Assembly: GCA_043822065.1 (NCBI GenBank)
Contig: JBDRCC010000022.1
Coordinates: 1 to 64,000 of the forward strand
Direction of reading: 5' to 3'
DNA from: an archaeon
GTDB lineage: Archaea > Undinarchaeota > CAZHTU01 > JBDRCC01
DNA: 64,000 nucleotides
Of this stretch, positions 1-8,035 are shown one piece after another. Position 1 is the first letter of the stretch. The number at the start of each line of letters is the position of its first letter. Made by a program: the position numbers and the translations under genes. The notes beneath the pieces were generated by a model. The model had not been told where the DNA came from, did no database searches, and saw only the letters and a program-made list of their open reading frames with translations.

Positions 1-786
1 GCCTCCGCCGGTAGTTGGCTTGACCTGCCCTGCGGCGTCCCCGACGAGATATGCGTTACTGGATTGGGTCCTCTTGAGGGCTCCTTTTATTGGTATCACG
101 CCTGCAAACTTGGACTCCGGCTTTGCACCAAGCTTTTTCAGGAATGCTTCAAATTTCTGGGGCGCATCGGAGAATGAGCCGACGCCAACCCGGACAAAAT
201 CACCAGCCGGTATTGTCCATGCGAAAAAGCAGTCAGTATACTCCCTTGAGAAGTAAAGTGCGACCTTGTCTCGTTCAGAAGGCATTCTGCAGTCTGCCTG
301 GATTGTCTTTAGCAGGTTTTGCGGCTTGTAAGGCTCAAACCCGGCTTGGGAGATGAGATTAAGGCTGTTCCCGCATGCAAGTACAAGGGTCTCGTCTTCG
401 TAGTCTCCGGAACTAGTTTTTGCAACCCACGTTCTGCCCTTTTGCTCAATGCGGCTCACCCGGCAGCCGGTTTCAATTGTGCAGCCGCGCTTTTCCGCCC
501 GCTTCGCAAGGTACTGGTCGAAGGCCACTCTGCAGACTGAGTATGCGACGGTTTCGCCCTTGGAGATGCTGAAGTGCCGGCTTTTGGAGTAAAAGTCTGC
601 GCCGCGTATCTCGTTAAGGACGTAGTACTTGTCCAAGACTTTGAGCTCTTCCAGCCCAGAGCGGCTCAGGAGACCCCCGCACTGCGCAGGCACGCCTACG
701 TCTTTGTGCTCCTCAAGAATTTTGCAGCCGCCGATGTTCTCGCCTGCGAAGAGGCCCGCCGGCCCGGCGCCTATAATCAAGACCAT
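1..786 (-). CDS. Geranylgeranyl reductase family FAD-dependent oxidoreductase (3' end runs off the window)
   Basis: Not in the ORF track. Manual translation from ATG 786 gives MVLIIGAGPAGL (Rossmann GxGxxG)...VGVPAQCGGL (PxxCxG)...FAWTIP...YLVGDAAGQVKPTTGGG, the typical GGR motifs. The frame is open to position 1. Confidence 0.9.
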   Translation of the reverse strand, partial: MVLIIGAGPAGLFAGENIGGCKILEEHKDVGVPAQCGGLLSRSGLEELKVLDKYYVLNEIRGADFYSKSRHFSISKGETVAYSVCRVAFDQYLAKRAEKRGCTIETGCRVSRIEQKGRTWVAKTSSGDYEDETLVLACGNSLNLISQAGFEPYKPQNLLKTIQADCRMPSERDKVALYFSREYTDCFFAWTIPAGDFVRVGVGSFSDAPQKFEAFLKKLGAKPESKFAGVIPIKGALKRTQSSNAYLVGDAAGQVKPTTGGG

Positions 787-833
787 AAGCTTGATTAGAA
801 TAGTATAAATAAAAGGTTGCCGATAAAATTAGT

Positions 834-1187
834 ATGGGAGACCTGGACGACATTGGCGACATAATGCGTGAAGTTGCGGGTGAGATACACGGCACGGACG
901 CTCCGAAGAAAGAAGACGGGCTAAAAGTAGGCAAGCTTTACAGGAACAAGCGGAAGATTATAGAAATAATAAACGAGCTTGAGAACCAGTGGGGCGGGCA
1001 GATACCTGTAGAAAACATAGTCAATAAGGCTGCGGAACAGGACATCGGCGAAGAGGAGGTCAATGCCACTCTTGACGAGCTTGTAAGGGACGGCTACCTG
1101 GAAAGGCCAAGGTGGATGGAAGGCATTGTCCATAGAAAGGGGCGGCATATGTTGTTCTGCCCATGGCAGCAGGATTTTCCAGGATAA
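834..1187 (+). CDS. Small winged-helix protein resembling the MCM C-terminal WH domain
   Basis: KIIEIINELENQWGGQIPVENIVNKAAEQDIGEEEVNATLDELVRDGYLERP aligns by eye with the MCM C-terminus in this window (VVFDILKELEEKLGKRIPLDEITKEAKDRGINQSEMEGLISKLKEKGDLFEP). Confidence 0.6.
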   Translation: MGDLDDIGDIMREVAGEIHGTDAPKKEDGLKVGKLYRNKRKIIEIINELENQWGGQIPVENIVNKAAEQDIGEEEVNATLDELVRDGYLERPRWMEGIVHRKGRHMLFCPWQQDFPG

Positions 1188-1191
1188 TCTT

Positions 1192-2469
1192 TTAGGCAGG
1201 CACTGCTCTAAGATAGGTCGAATGCGCTTCCGTGAACTTTACTTGGTAGAAAAGCCCGAGCTTTCCGTGGTCAAGGACGACTGATTTGTAGTTTGAGCCC
1301 CTTCCGACGACAGTCCCGCCCTTGCCCTTTTCAGTAAGGAGTACTAAATCAAACTTCCCGACGGACTTTTTGTTGTTTTTCAGGGCGGTCTTTTCTGCGA
1401 GCCGGGTCATTATCCTGCTCCGCGCCTTGAGGACCTCGCTCGGGAGCTTCTCAAGCTTTGCCGCCTCGGTGCCTGGGCGCGGGGCGAACCGGGAGATGTT
1501 TATTATGTCAGGCTTGACGTCCTTGACGAGGTCGAGCGTCTTCTGGAAGTCCTTTTCAGTCTCGGTCGGGTAGCCGACAATGATGTCAGTCGCAAGAGTC
1601 AGGCTTGGGCAGGCCTTCCTGAATTTCGAGACGGTCTGCTTGAAATCGGTTATCGAATAAGGGCGCTTCATGTCCTGGAGCACCTTGTTCGAGCCGGACT
1701 GGACCGGGACATGCAGGAACTTGTAGACTTTTTCGGATTCAAATGCACGTATGAGCTCCGGCAGGATTTTTTTCGCGCCGTTCGGATTCATCATGCCGAC
1801 GCGGATGCGGAATTCGCCGGGGAGGGTGGAGAGCTGCGAGAGGAGGGAGGGGAGGCTTGTGCCGGTGTCGGCGCCGTAGATGCCTGTGTCCTGCCCTGTG
1901 AGGCGGATTTCCCTGCATCCTTTTTGTATGGCTCTTTTGGTTTCTTCAACAATGCTTTCAAGTGGAAAAGACTGCAAAGATCCTCTAGCCAGCCTTGCTA
2001 TGCAGAAAGAGCAAGAACCCATACAACCACTGCCAATATTGATGGTATCTATCAATGGATTTGTTCTGCATTTCGGAAGCAAAAGTTTTGTCTCATTTCG
2101 CTTACCAATTCTTTCAATCCTTCGCCCCGCTAATGTTTCCTTGACTGTCTCCGACACATCGGTTATATGATGCGGTCCTAATAGACTGGCGCCAGGTGCA
2201 ATATTTTTTACCAATCCGGGTTCACTCTCTGACATGCATCCGGCTATGACGAGCTTTTTCTCTGGATATTTTTTTACAAGTTGTTGTATTGCGTATTTTA
2301 CTTTGGATTCGGTTGCGCCTTTTACAACACAGGTATTTATTAAGACAATATCGGCTGAATCAATATTTCCTATTAGACTGTAACCACTTTCCTTCAGCAG
2401 ACCTGCCATTATTTCGCTGTCGCTGGTATTAGAGGAACATCCATACGTTGACATGAATATGTTTTTCAT
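1192..2469 (-). CDS. mtaB: tRNA methylthiotransferase, MiaB/MtaB-like radical SAM enzyme (archaeal t6A37 type)
   Basis: N-terminal TYGC..N..DSE and INTCVV/AGC UPF0004 cysteines, CxxxCxxC (GCMGSCSFC), HVPVQSGS, TDIIVGYPTETE, C-terminal TRAM-like region. Confidence 0.92.
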   Translation of the reverse strand: MKNIFMSTYGCSSNTSDSEIMAGLLKESGYSLIGNIDSADIVLINTCVVKGATESKVKYAIQQLVKKYPEKKLVIAGCMSESEPGLVKNIAPGASLLGPHHITDVSETVKETLAGRRIERIGKRNETKLLLPKCRTNPLIDTINIGSGCMGSCSFCIARLARGSLQSFPLESIVEETKRAIQKGCREIRLTGQDTGIYGADTGTSLPSLLSQLSTLPGEFRIRVGMMNPNGAKKILPELIRAFESEKVYKFLHVPVQSGSNKVLQDMKRPYSITDFKQTVSKFRKACPSLTLATDIIVGYPTETEKDFQKTLDLVKDVKPDIINISRFAPRPGTEAAKLEKLPSEVLKARSRIMTRLAEKTALKNNKKSVGKFDLVLLTEKGKGGTVVGRGSNYKSVVLDHGKLGLFYQVKFTEAHSTYLRAVPA

Positions 2470-2471
2470 TT

Positions 2472-3734
2472 CTAGGGACTATTGCAATTAGCGTTTATAT
2501 CTTTTTCTTTGGTAGAGTAAATGTCCCGTCCGACTCTTTCTAACTTACCTTGTCCATCCAGTTTTCTAAATATTGGATAAATACGCTCATTTTTGAAGCC
2601 GGTTTGAGAGCGGATCTCTCTGACTTTTAGAGGACCCCGTTTGAGAGCATCGATTAGTTTTAACTGGCTTGCTGCGCCATTGTGTTCATCTCTTGCGTTT
2701 AGAAGGTACTCAATGTAAAAAGATGCCTCTTTAAATCGGTGGTGTTGAAGGATATTTTTTAGCTCTGCATTTGAATTTGATGAATGTTTTAGTTTACCTT
2801 CTCTCTGGAGTAGGTAGAGTTCGCAAATAGATAGAAGCATGTCATTCTTTTCAAACCCCGAGAAATGTTTGCTATTATTGCCTATCTTTATGCCTTCGAT
2901 GAATCCACCAATTTGCAGAAAATTTGCTATAGGCGAGAAAGAAACGGTTGAAAGTCTGTTTTCAGATTTATACATATGTGTACCTACTTCATCGGCTATC
3001 TTTTGCCATTCATTAATTAGAATGGGATGAAAACAAGTCAACATTAGCTTGGGCCTACTGTATTTATTTTTAGAATTGGCAAGCGTAACACATCCTTCTA
3101 AAGAGATTGCCAACCTGAATGCTAATTCTTTTGTTTTCATTGAGCTTCTCTTCAAAAACTTTAATGTTGGTTGCTTCTCTATTAGGTACTGTTCCCAGTT
3201 CTGTTTGCCCCTTGCGGGCTGATGCTTTGTAACCGGAGTTCTGCAATAGATATCGTTTAAGAGTGCTTTTACCGTATTTGCTCGAGCAAAAACCGTAGAA
3301 ACACCTGTTCTCGCATCCCTAGTCATTCTAGGGTTTAAACCAAATTCCTTTAGCATGTCTGTAAAGATACCAAGTGCAACTTTGTCTGTGTTATGCAAAC
3401 GTATGATTTTATGTGAGTGCGAGGATGACCCGTCTGTGAGCAAGAAAACTGCGAGTAAATCTTTAAGCCCTTCCACGCCTATTTGTTTTTTCCAAATAGA
3501 GACTCTCTCCATATCATCTCCATTTGGTGAAGTATGTCTCCTGGAAAGCGTTAATAGATTTGTAGCAGACCTAGTTCGAACTTTTGTAAGGCTCAGAGGT
3601 TCATAACTTTTGAGACGGCCCCATGCCGTTGTGTTTGATACATTGTACAGCTTAGAGATAGTTAAAGTTGGTACGCCCAATTCATAAAGTGCAAGAATGT
3701 TTAAGTCATCGAACAGATTCGTTTTAGGTTTCAT
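2472..3734 (-). CDS. Free-standing LAGLIDADG-like endonuclease with N- and C-terminal HTH-like segments
   Basis: Two LAGLIDADG-like helices (LLAVFLLTDGS, AFRLAISLEGC), N-terminal HTH (LYELGVPTLTISKLYNVSNTTAWGRL) and C-terminal wHTH (LIDALKRGPLKVREIRSQTG). Visibly AT-richer than host genes. Confidence 0.7.
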   Translation of the reverse strand: MKPKTNLFDDLNILALYELGVPTLTISKLYNVSNTTAWGRLKSYEPLSLTKVRTRSATNLLTLSRRHTSPNGDDMERVSIWKKQIGVEGLKDLLAVFLLTDGSSSHSHKIIRLHNTDKVALGIFTDMLKEFGLNPRMTRDARTGVSTVFARANTVKALLNDIYCRTPVTKHQPARGKQNWEQYLIEKQPTLKFLKRSSMKTKELAFRLAISLEGCVTLANSKNKYSRPKLMLTCFHPILINEWQKIADEVGTHMYKSENRLSTVSFSPIANFLQIGGFIEGIKIGNNSKHFSGFEKNDMLLSICELYLLQREGKLKHSSNSNAELKNILQHHRFKEASFYIEYLLNARDEHNGAASQLKLIDALKRGPLKVREIRSQTGFKNERIYPIFRKLDGQGKLERVGRDIYSTKEKDINANCNSP

Positions 3735-3793
3735 ATAGATATAAATTCTGAAAATAACAATATAAACTTATGGAGAGGGCACTTTGCCAGTAA

Positions 3794-3856
3794 TTAGATT
3801 ATGTTAGAATCTACCTGGTTCGTGGTGCACCCGTAGGTCTCAAGGCAAATTTTCAT
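3794..3856 (-). pseudogene. Dead 5' stub of the mtaB/miaB-like gene (MKICLETYGCTTNQVDSNII*)
   Basis: Manual translation matches the start of the intact gene (MKNIFMSTYGCSSNTSDSEIM), is followed by a stop and then LLAK, and is preceded by a TATA-like box at about 3878-3885. Confidence 0.85.
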
Positions 3857-3900
3857 AAAATGTATTTGGGTAGGCGGTATAAATAATTTGGGGTTAGACT

Positions 3901-3916
3901 GGCTTTGTAGAAATCC
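3901..3916. repeat. Isolated copy of a TIR-like motif, GGCTTTGTAGAAATCC
   Basis: Shares GTAGAAATC with 4490-4498; GTAGAAATCC is the exact reverse complement of 4561-4570. Confidence 0.4.
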
Positions 3917-4065
3917 TCTGGAAATTTATTCGACATCGGCGTCCGTTAAAAACAATGGACTGCGTGTTTGGGCTAGGGGCGTTAAAAAAAGGGTTCTTGA
4001 CGGGAAGCCTGCAAACTCACTTTTCAAAGCTCTGCTCGCGCTTCCCCTATCCTGTTATCGACGAG

Positions 4066-4434
4066 TTAGAATGCTTCTGGGTTTGTGTCGACGCTCAGTG
4101 CGTAAGTTACTTTCTCGGCGGTTTTCCCAACAGTCAGTATGGAAAATATGTTTATCCCGCTGTCTGCTAGCTTTTGAGTTTCTTCCCCAAGCTTTCCTGG
4201 TTTGTTCTCCATGTCAATAAGAAAGACTTCCTCCTCGGTAAAGTCTATCTTGTTTTTTGCAAAAAGCTCTCGTGTCTGCTCTATGTTGTTCGGAATTAGG
4301 CTGATAATGGCATCCCCGCCGCGCTGCGTTTCTCCGCAAATAGCCTCTATATTGATACCAGCCTCACCCAAAAGCCGGCTAATCCTTGCTAGCACCCCAA
4401 TCTCGTCTTTAATATTTATGTTAAACTGCTTCAT
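4066..4434 (-). CDS. ACT-domain protein (two ACT repeats)
   Basis: DEIGVLARISRLLGEAGINI and ENKPGKLGEETQKLADSGINI ACT signatures. Confidence 0.88.
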   Translation of the reverse strand: MKQFNINIKDEIGVLARISRLLGEAGINIEAICGETQRGGDAIISLIPNNIEQTRELFAKNKIDFTEEEVFLIDMENKPGKLGEETQKLADSGINIFSILTVGKTAEKVTYALSVDTNPEAF

Positions 4435-4484
4435 AACAGGTATATTATCTGCCGTTCTTTTATAAATAAGTATCTGTCCCCTAT

Positions 4485-4574
4485 GGTCCGTAGAAATCTT
4501 AATTAGAAGTGCAGTGTTTCGTTAGTTGAGGGAACCAAACGCCACAATAATCTCTCAGGTGGATTTCTACGACC
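4485..4574. mobile_element. Putative MITE / IS remnant, 90 bp with terminal inverted repeats
   Basis: GGTCCGTAGAAATC (4485-4498) and GATTTCTACGACC (4562-4574) are inverted repeats with a one-base bulge; the element is non-coding. Confidence 0.45.
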
Positions 4575-4582
4575 TGGTTAGA

Positions 4583-5839
4583 CTAGGTCCCATTGTCCCA
4601 GGAGGACATATACTTCTTCTGCTGGCTTGTAAGCGAGTCGATTTTCACGCCCTTTGACTTGAGCCAGAGCTGGGCGACGGTGTTGTCTATCTTCGGCGGG
4701 ACGCAGTATAGGTCCGGCTTGAGCTTGTGGTGGTTCTTGGCGAGGAATTCTGCACATAGCGCCTGGTTTGCAAATGACATATCCATAACCTCGATTGCAT
4801 GCCCCTGTGCACAGGCAAGATTGACCAAGCGCCCCTGCGCGAGCAGGTAGATGCGCTTCCCGCTTTTCAGGAGGTATTCGTCGACATCCTTTCTGACATT
4901 GGCTACTCGCTTGGACAATGATTTCAGGGCTGAGATATTCACTTCGACGTCGAAGTGGCCGGTGTTCGAGACAATTGCGCCGTCCTTCATCGTCGGGAAG
5001 TGCTTCTTGTCGATGACGTTTACGTTTCCGGTCGCGGTTATGAAAATGTCGCCCTCTTTTGCCGCGAGGTCCATGGGCATGACGCGGAAGCCGTCCATTT
5101 TCGCCTCTATTGCCTTGACTGGGTCGATTTCAGTGACTACGATGTTTGCGCCCATTCCCCTTGCGCGCATTGCCGCGCCCCTGCCGCACCAGCCGTATCC
5201 TGCAATGACAATTGTTTTTCCAGCAAGGATTGTGTTGGTCGCAGTCATTATGCCCTCGAGGGTGGACTGGCCAGTGCCGTAGCGGTTGTCAAAGAAGTGC
5301 TTTGTCTGGGCGTCGTTTACGTTGAAGACTGGGAACTTGAGCGCGCCCTCTTTTGCCATTACTGCAAGCCGGTGTATTCCGGTCGTCGTTTCCTCACAGC
5401 CCCCAATTATGCTTGGCAAAAGGTCACGGCGCTTTTTGTGGAGAAGGAATATCAGGTCGCAGCCGTCGTCGATTATTATGTCCGGCTTGTGGCCAAGGAC
5501 GCGATTGAGGTTCTTGTAGTAGTCCTTGCTGCTCTCGTTGTACCAAGTGTACACATTCAGCCCGTAGTCGATTGCAAGCGATGCTGCCGCAGAGTCCTGG
5601 GTAGAAAGCGGGTTGCAGCCGGTTATTGCGACTTCGGCGCCTCCGCGGGCAAAAGTGCTGGCGAGAATGCAGGTCTTCGGCTCGACGTGAAGGCACATCC
5701 CGATTGTAAGCCCCTTGAACGGCTTCTCCTTTTGGAAGCGTGCGCCTATGGACTCGAGCACAGGCATATGCCTGCGGGCCCATTCAATTCTTTTCTTTCC
5801 TTCAACGTGCTGCGCCTTGTTGCGGATGTCGTAAGGCAT
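4583..5839 (-). CDS. ahcY: Adenosylhomocysteinase
   Basis: CLHVEPKT, GCNPLSTQD, EETTTG, KHFFDNRYGTGQS, GYGWCGRG, GRLVNL motifs. Confidence 0.97.
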   Translation of the reverse strand: MPYDIRNKAQHVEGKKRIEWARRHMPVLESIGARFQKEKPFKGLTIGMCLHVEPKTCILASTFARGGAEVAITGCNPLSTQDSAAASLAIDYGLNVYTWYNESSKDYYKNLNRVLGHKPDIIIDDGCDLIFLLHKKRRDLLPSIIGGCEETTTGIHRLAVMAKEGALKFPVFNVNDAQTKHFFDNRYGTGQSTLEGIMTATNTILAGKTIVIAGYGWCGRGAAMRARGMGANIVVTEIDPVKAIEAKMDGFRVMPMDLAAKEGDIFITATGNVNVIDKKHFPTMKDGAIVSNTGHFDVEVNISALKSLSKRVANVRKDVDEYLLKSGKRIYLLAQGRLVNLACAQGHAIEVMDMSFANQALCAEFLAKNHHKLKPDLYCVPPKIDNTVAQLWLKSKGVKIDSLTSQQKKYMSSWDNGT

Positions 5840-5882
5840 AGGGACAGTTAGAAATGGCGGGTTTTTAGAGTTTATGTTTGGG

Positions 5883-5898
5883 GAAAATCATTATAAAG
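5883..5898 (+). promoter_or_regulatory. Archaeal BRE/TATA promoter for the leader peptide-cysteine synthase transcript
   Basis: GAAAATCA followed by TTATAAAG, ending about 25 nt before the leader ATG at 5924 (near-leaderless geometry). Confidence 0.6.
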
Positions 5899-5923
5899 CC
5901 CAAGTGCTATAACTTAGTTATAA

Positions 5924-5950
5924 ATGACAGCCAAAGTCTGCTGCTGTTAA
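5924..5950 (+). CDS. Putative cysteine leader peptide MTAKVCCC
   Basis: ATG ACA GCC AAA GTC TGC TGC TGT TAA: three consecutive Cys codons immediately before the stop, 88 nt upstream of cysteine synthase. Confidence 0.75.
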   Translation: MTAKVCCC

Positions 5951-6034
5951 TTTTTGAAGCACTGGTCCAGGCTGTCTTCTGGTTTTTCTGTTTTCGTTCT
6001 TTAAACTAATAGACTGCCAGCCAGTGCTGGGAGG
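5926..6034 (+). promoter_or_regulatory. Putative attenuator with alternative helices, a U-rich tract and an SD-overlapping hairpin
   Basis: GACAGCC 5926-5932 pairs with GGCTGTC 5970-5976. AGCACTGG 5958-5965 pairs with CCAGTGCT 6021-6028. CCAGC 6017-6021 pairs with GCTGG 6026-6030, overlapping the SD GGGAGG 6029-6034. T-rich tract at about 5977-6002. Confidence 0.6.
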
Positions 6035-6038
6035 ATAA

Positions 6039-7004
6039 ATGAAAAGCGTAATTGGGCTGATTGGAAACACGCCGGTTGTAGAATTGGAGAGGCTGAACCC
6101 GACGAGGGGGGTGAGAATCTTCGCAAAGCTTGAGAAGTTCAACCCAGGCGGCTCGGTGAAGGACAGGATTGCCCTGTACATGGTCGAGAAGGCCGAAAGG
6201 GACGGCACCCTGACTATGGACAAAACGATAATAGAGCCGACGTCGGGGAATACTGGAATCGGGCTTGCGATTGTGGGGGCTGCCAAGGGTTATAGGGTCC
6301 AGCTTGTCATGCCTGAGAATATGTCGATTGAGAGAAGGCTGATTCTCCAGGCGCACGGGGCAGAGATTATCCTAACTCCGGAATCGGAAGGGATGAACGG
6401 TGCGGAGGACCTGGCAAAGGAATTGGCAAGGGACACGGACAGATATTTCATGCCAAACCAGTTTGCAAACTCCGCAAACGTCAATGCCCACTATGAGGGG
6501 ACTGGAAAGGAGCTTCTGCGGCAGGTGCCGGACGTAACTCATTTTGTCGCTGGCATGGGAACGGGAGGGACGCTGATGGGTGCCGGCAGGAGACTAAAGG
6601 AGTATAATTCGAAAATAAAAGTAATCGGCGTGGAGCCGCACAAGGAGACGCCGATTCAGGGATTGAAAAACATGGAGATCAGCTACGTGCCGGAAATCTT
6701 CGACAGGTCGAAGCTTGACGAAACAATCGTCGTCAGGCGGGAGCATGCATTCGGCATGGCGCGGGCGCTCGCAAGGGAGGAAGGCCTGCTTGTCGGGATG
6801 AGCTCAGGCGCGGCGATGCACGCTGCAGTCGAGGTTGCGAAAAGGGTTGAAACAGGAAGTATCGTCGTGCTTTTCCCTGACGGCGGCGAGAAGTACCTGA
6901 CGACAGAGCTGTACAAGGAGGTTCCGGAGTCCTGCAGGAGGTGCAACCTCAAAGTAGTTGAGCTGAAGAAAAGCATGGAAGAAGTGGCGGCAAAAAGATT
7001 ATAA
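6039..7004 (+). CDS. Cysteine synthase (PLP-dependent, CysK/CysM family)
   Basis: IGNTP, KLEKFNPGGSVKDR (PLP Lys), PTSGNTG, GMGTGGT, FPDGGEKY. Confidence 0.95.
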   Translation: MKSVIGLIGNTPVVELERLNPTRGVRIFAKLEKFNPGGSVKDRIALYMVEKAERDGTLTMDKTIIEPTSGNTGIGLAIVGAAKGYRVQLVMPENMSIERRLILQAHGAEIILTPESEGMNGAEDLAKELARDTDRYFMPNQFANSANVNAHYEGTGKELLRQVPDVTHFVAGMGTGGTLMGAGRRLKEYNSKIKVIGVEPHKETPIQGLKNMEISYVPEIFDRSKLDETIVVRREHAFGMARALAREEGLLVGMSSGAAMHAAVEVAKRVETGSIVVLFPDGGEKYLTTELYKEVPESCRRCNLKVVELKKSMEEVAAKRL

Positions 7005-7027
7005 GAACCGGTAAAGATAAGCTCAGC

Positions 7028-8017
7028 ATGAAAAAGGTAAAAGCCGTTGGCCTGCTTTCCGGCGGGCTGGATAGCACACTTGCAGCGAAGATGGTATTAG
7101 ACCAGGGCATCGACGTTGTCGCGCTTAATTTTACCTCTCCATTTTGTACTTGTAGCAGAGAGGGCAGATGCGAATCTGCTGAAGCTGCCGAACACCTTGG
7201 CATTGAGTTGAAGGCCATGCCCAAGGGTGATGATTATATTCACGTTATAAGGAATCCGAAGCACGGCTACGGCAAGAACATGAATCCGTGCATAGATTGC
7301 CGGATTTATATTCTGAAAAAGGCGAAGGATTTTGCAAAGGAGATTGGAGCTGATTTCATTTTTACTGGTGAAGTCCTCGACCAGCGGCCAAAGAGCCAGC
7401 ACAGGAGGGCGCTAGAGATTATTGAGAGGGAGTCGGGTCTTAAGGGAAAGTTGCTGAGGCCGCTTTCTGCGAAATTGTTGGCTGAGACTGAAGTTGAGAA
7501 GAAGGGCTTAATTGATAGGAAGAAGCTTGGCGACATGCATGGAAGGTCAAGAAAAAGGCAGATGGAGATGGCCGATGACATAAATCTTGTTGACTACCAC
7601 TGTGCAGGCGGTGGCTGTCTGCTGACTGAGAAAAGGATTGCAAAGAGGGTTCGCGATTTTCTTGACCATAATGCGGACGCAAAGATGCGGGACATGTGGC
7701 TGCTGAAGTATGGACGGCACTTCAGGGTTGGGGAGAACAAGATTATCGTCGGCAGGGACGAGGGTGAGAACAAAAAGCTATTGGCTTTCAAGAAAGAGAA
7801 TGATTTTGTTTTCGAGATTAAGGGCGTCGGGAGCCCGATTGTTGTTTTACAGGGGAGAAAAGGCAAAAAGGCAATAGAGATGGCCGCAAGGCTTGCCGCA
7901 AGGTATTCAGATGCGAAAGGGGAGGAAGTCATTGTGGGCTATTTGGCTGGAAAAAAGCACCATAAAATCAGGGTCAGCCCCGCGCGCAGGGAAGAGATTG
8001 AAAAGTATTTAATCTGA
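7028..8017 (+). CDS. PP-loop tRNA sulfurtransferase (ThiI/MnmA-like) with C-terminal DUF814-like region
   Basis: SGGLDS PP-loop, NPCIDCRI, TGEVLDQRP, GGCLLT, GRHFR. Confidence 0.8.
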   Translation: MKKVKAVGLLSGGLDSTLAAKMVLDQGIDVVALNFTSPFCTCSREGRCESAEAAEHLGIELKAMPKGDDYIHVIRNPKHGYGKNMNPCIDCRIYILKKAKDFAKEIGADFIFTGEVLDQRPKSQHRRALEIIERESGLKGKLLRPLSAKLLAETEVEKKGLIDRKKLGDMHGRSRKRQMEMADDINLVDYHCAGGGCLLTEKRIAKRVRDFLDHNADAKMRDMWLLKYGRHFRVGENKIIVGRDEGENKKLLAFKKENDFVFEIKGVGSPIVVLQGRKGKKAIEMAARLAARYSDAKGEEVIVGYLAGKKHHKIRVSPARREEIEKYLI

Positions 8018-8035
8018 GCGGGCGTAGATAGGAAT

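Noticed and set aside
3878-4498. Identical 29-bp spacing between TATAAATA and GTAGAAATC at two sites, suggesting twin plus-strand sRNAs
   Set aside because: Both TATA boxes are well placed to drive minus-strand genes (the mtaB stub and the ACT gene), so coincidence is the simpler reading.
4552-4559. CTCTCAGG, a glycine-riboswitch-like motif
   Set aside because: The rest of the aptamer is absent, and it is not upstream of gcv genes.
4485-4574. ATTTCTAC/GTAGAAAT resembling a Cas12a repeat stem
   Set aside because: There are no regularly spaced repeats with spacers and no cas genes; an inverted-repeat element explains it better.
4955-5851. 298-aa plus-strand ORF, and similar long antisense ORFs (e.g. 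11896-12831, 24406-25170, 45480-46349, 53511-54332)
   Set aside because: These are shadow frames opposite well-supported genes, with no recognisable motifs.
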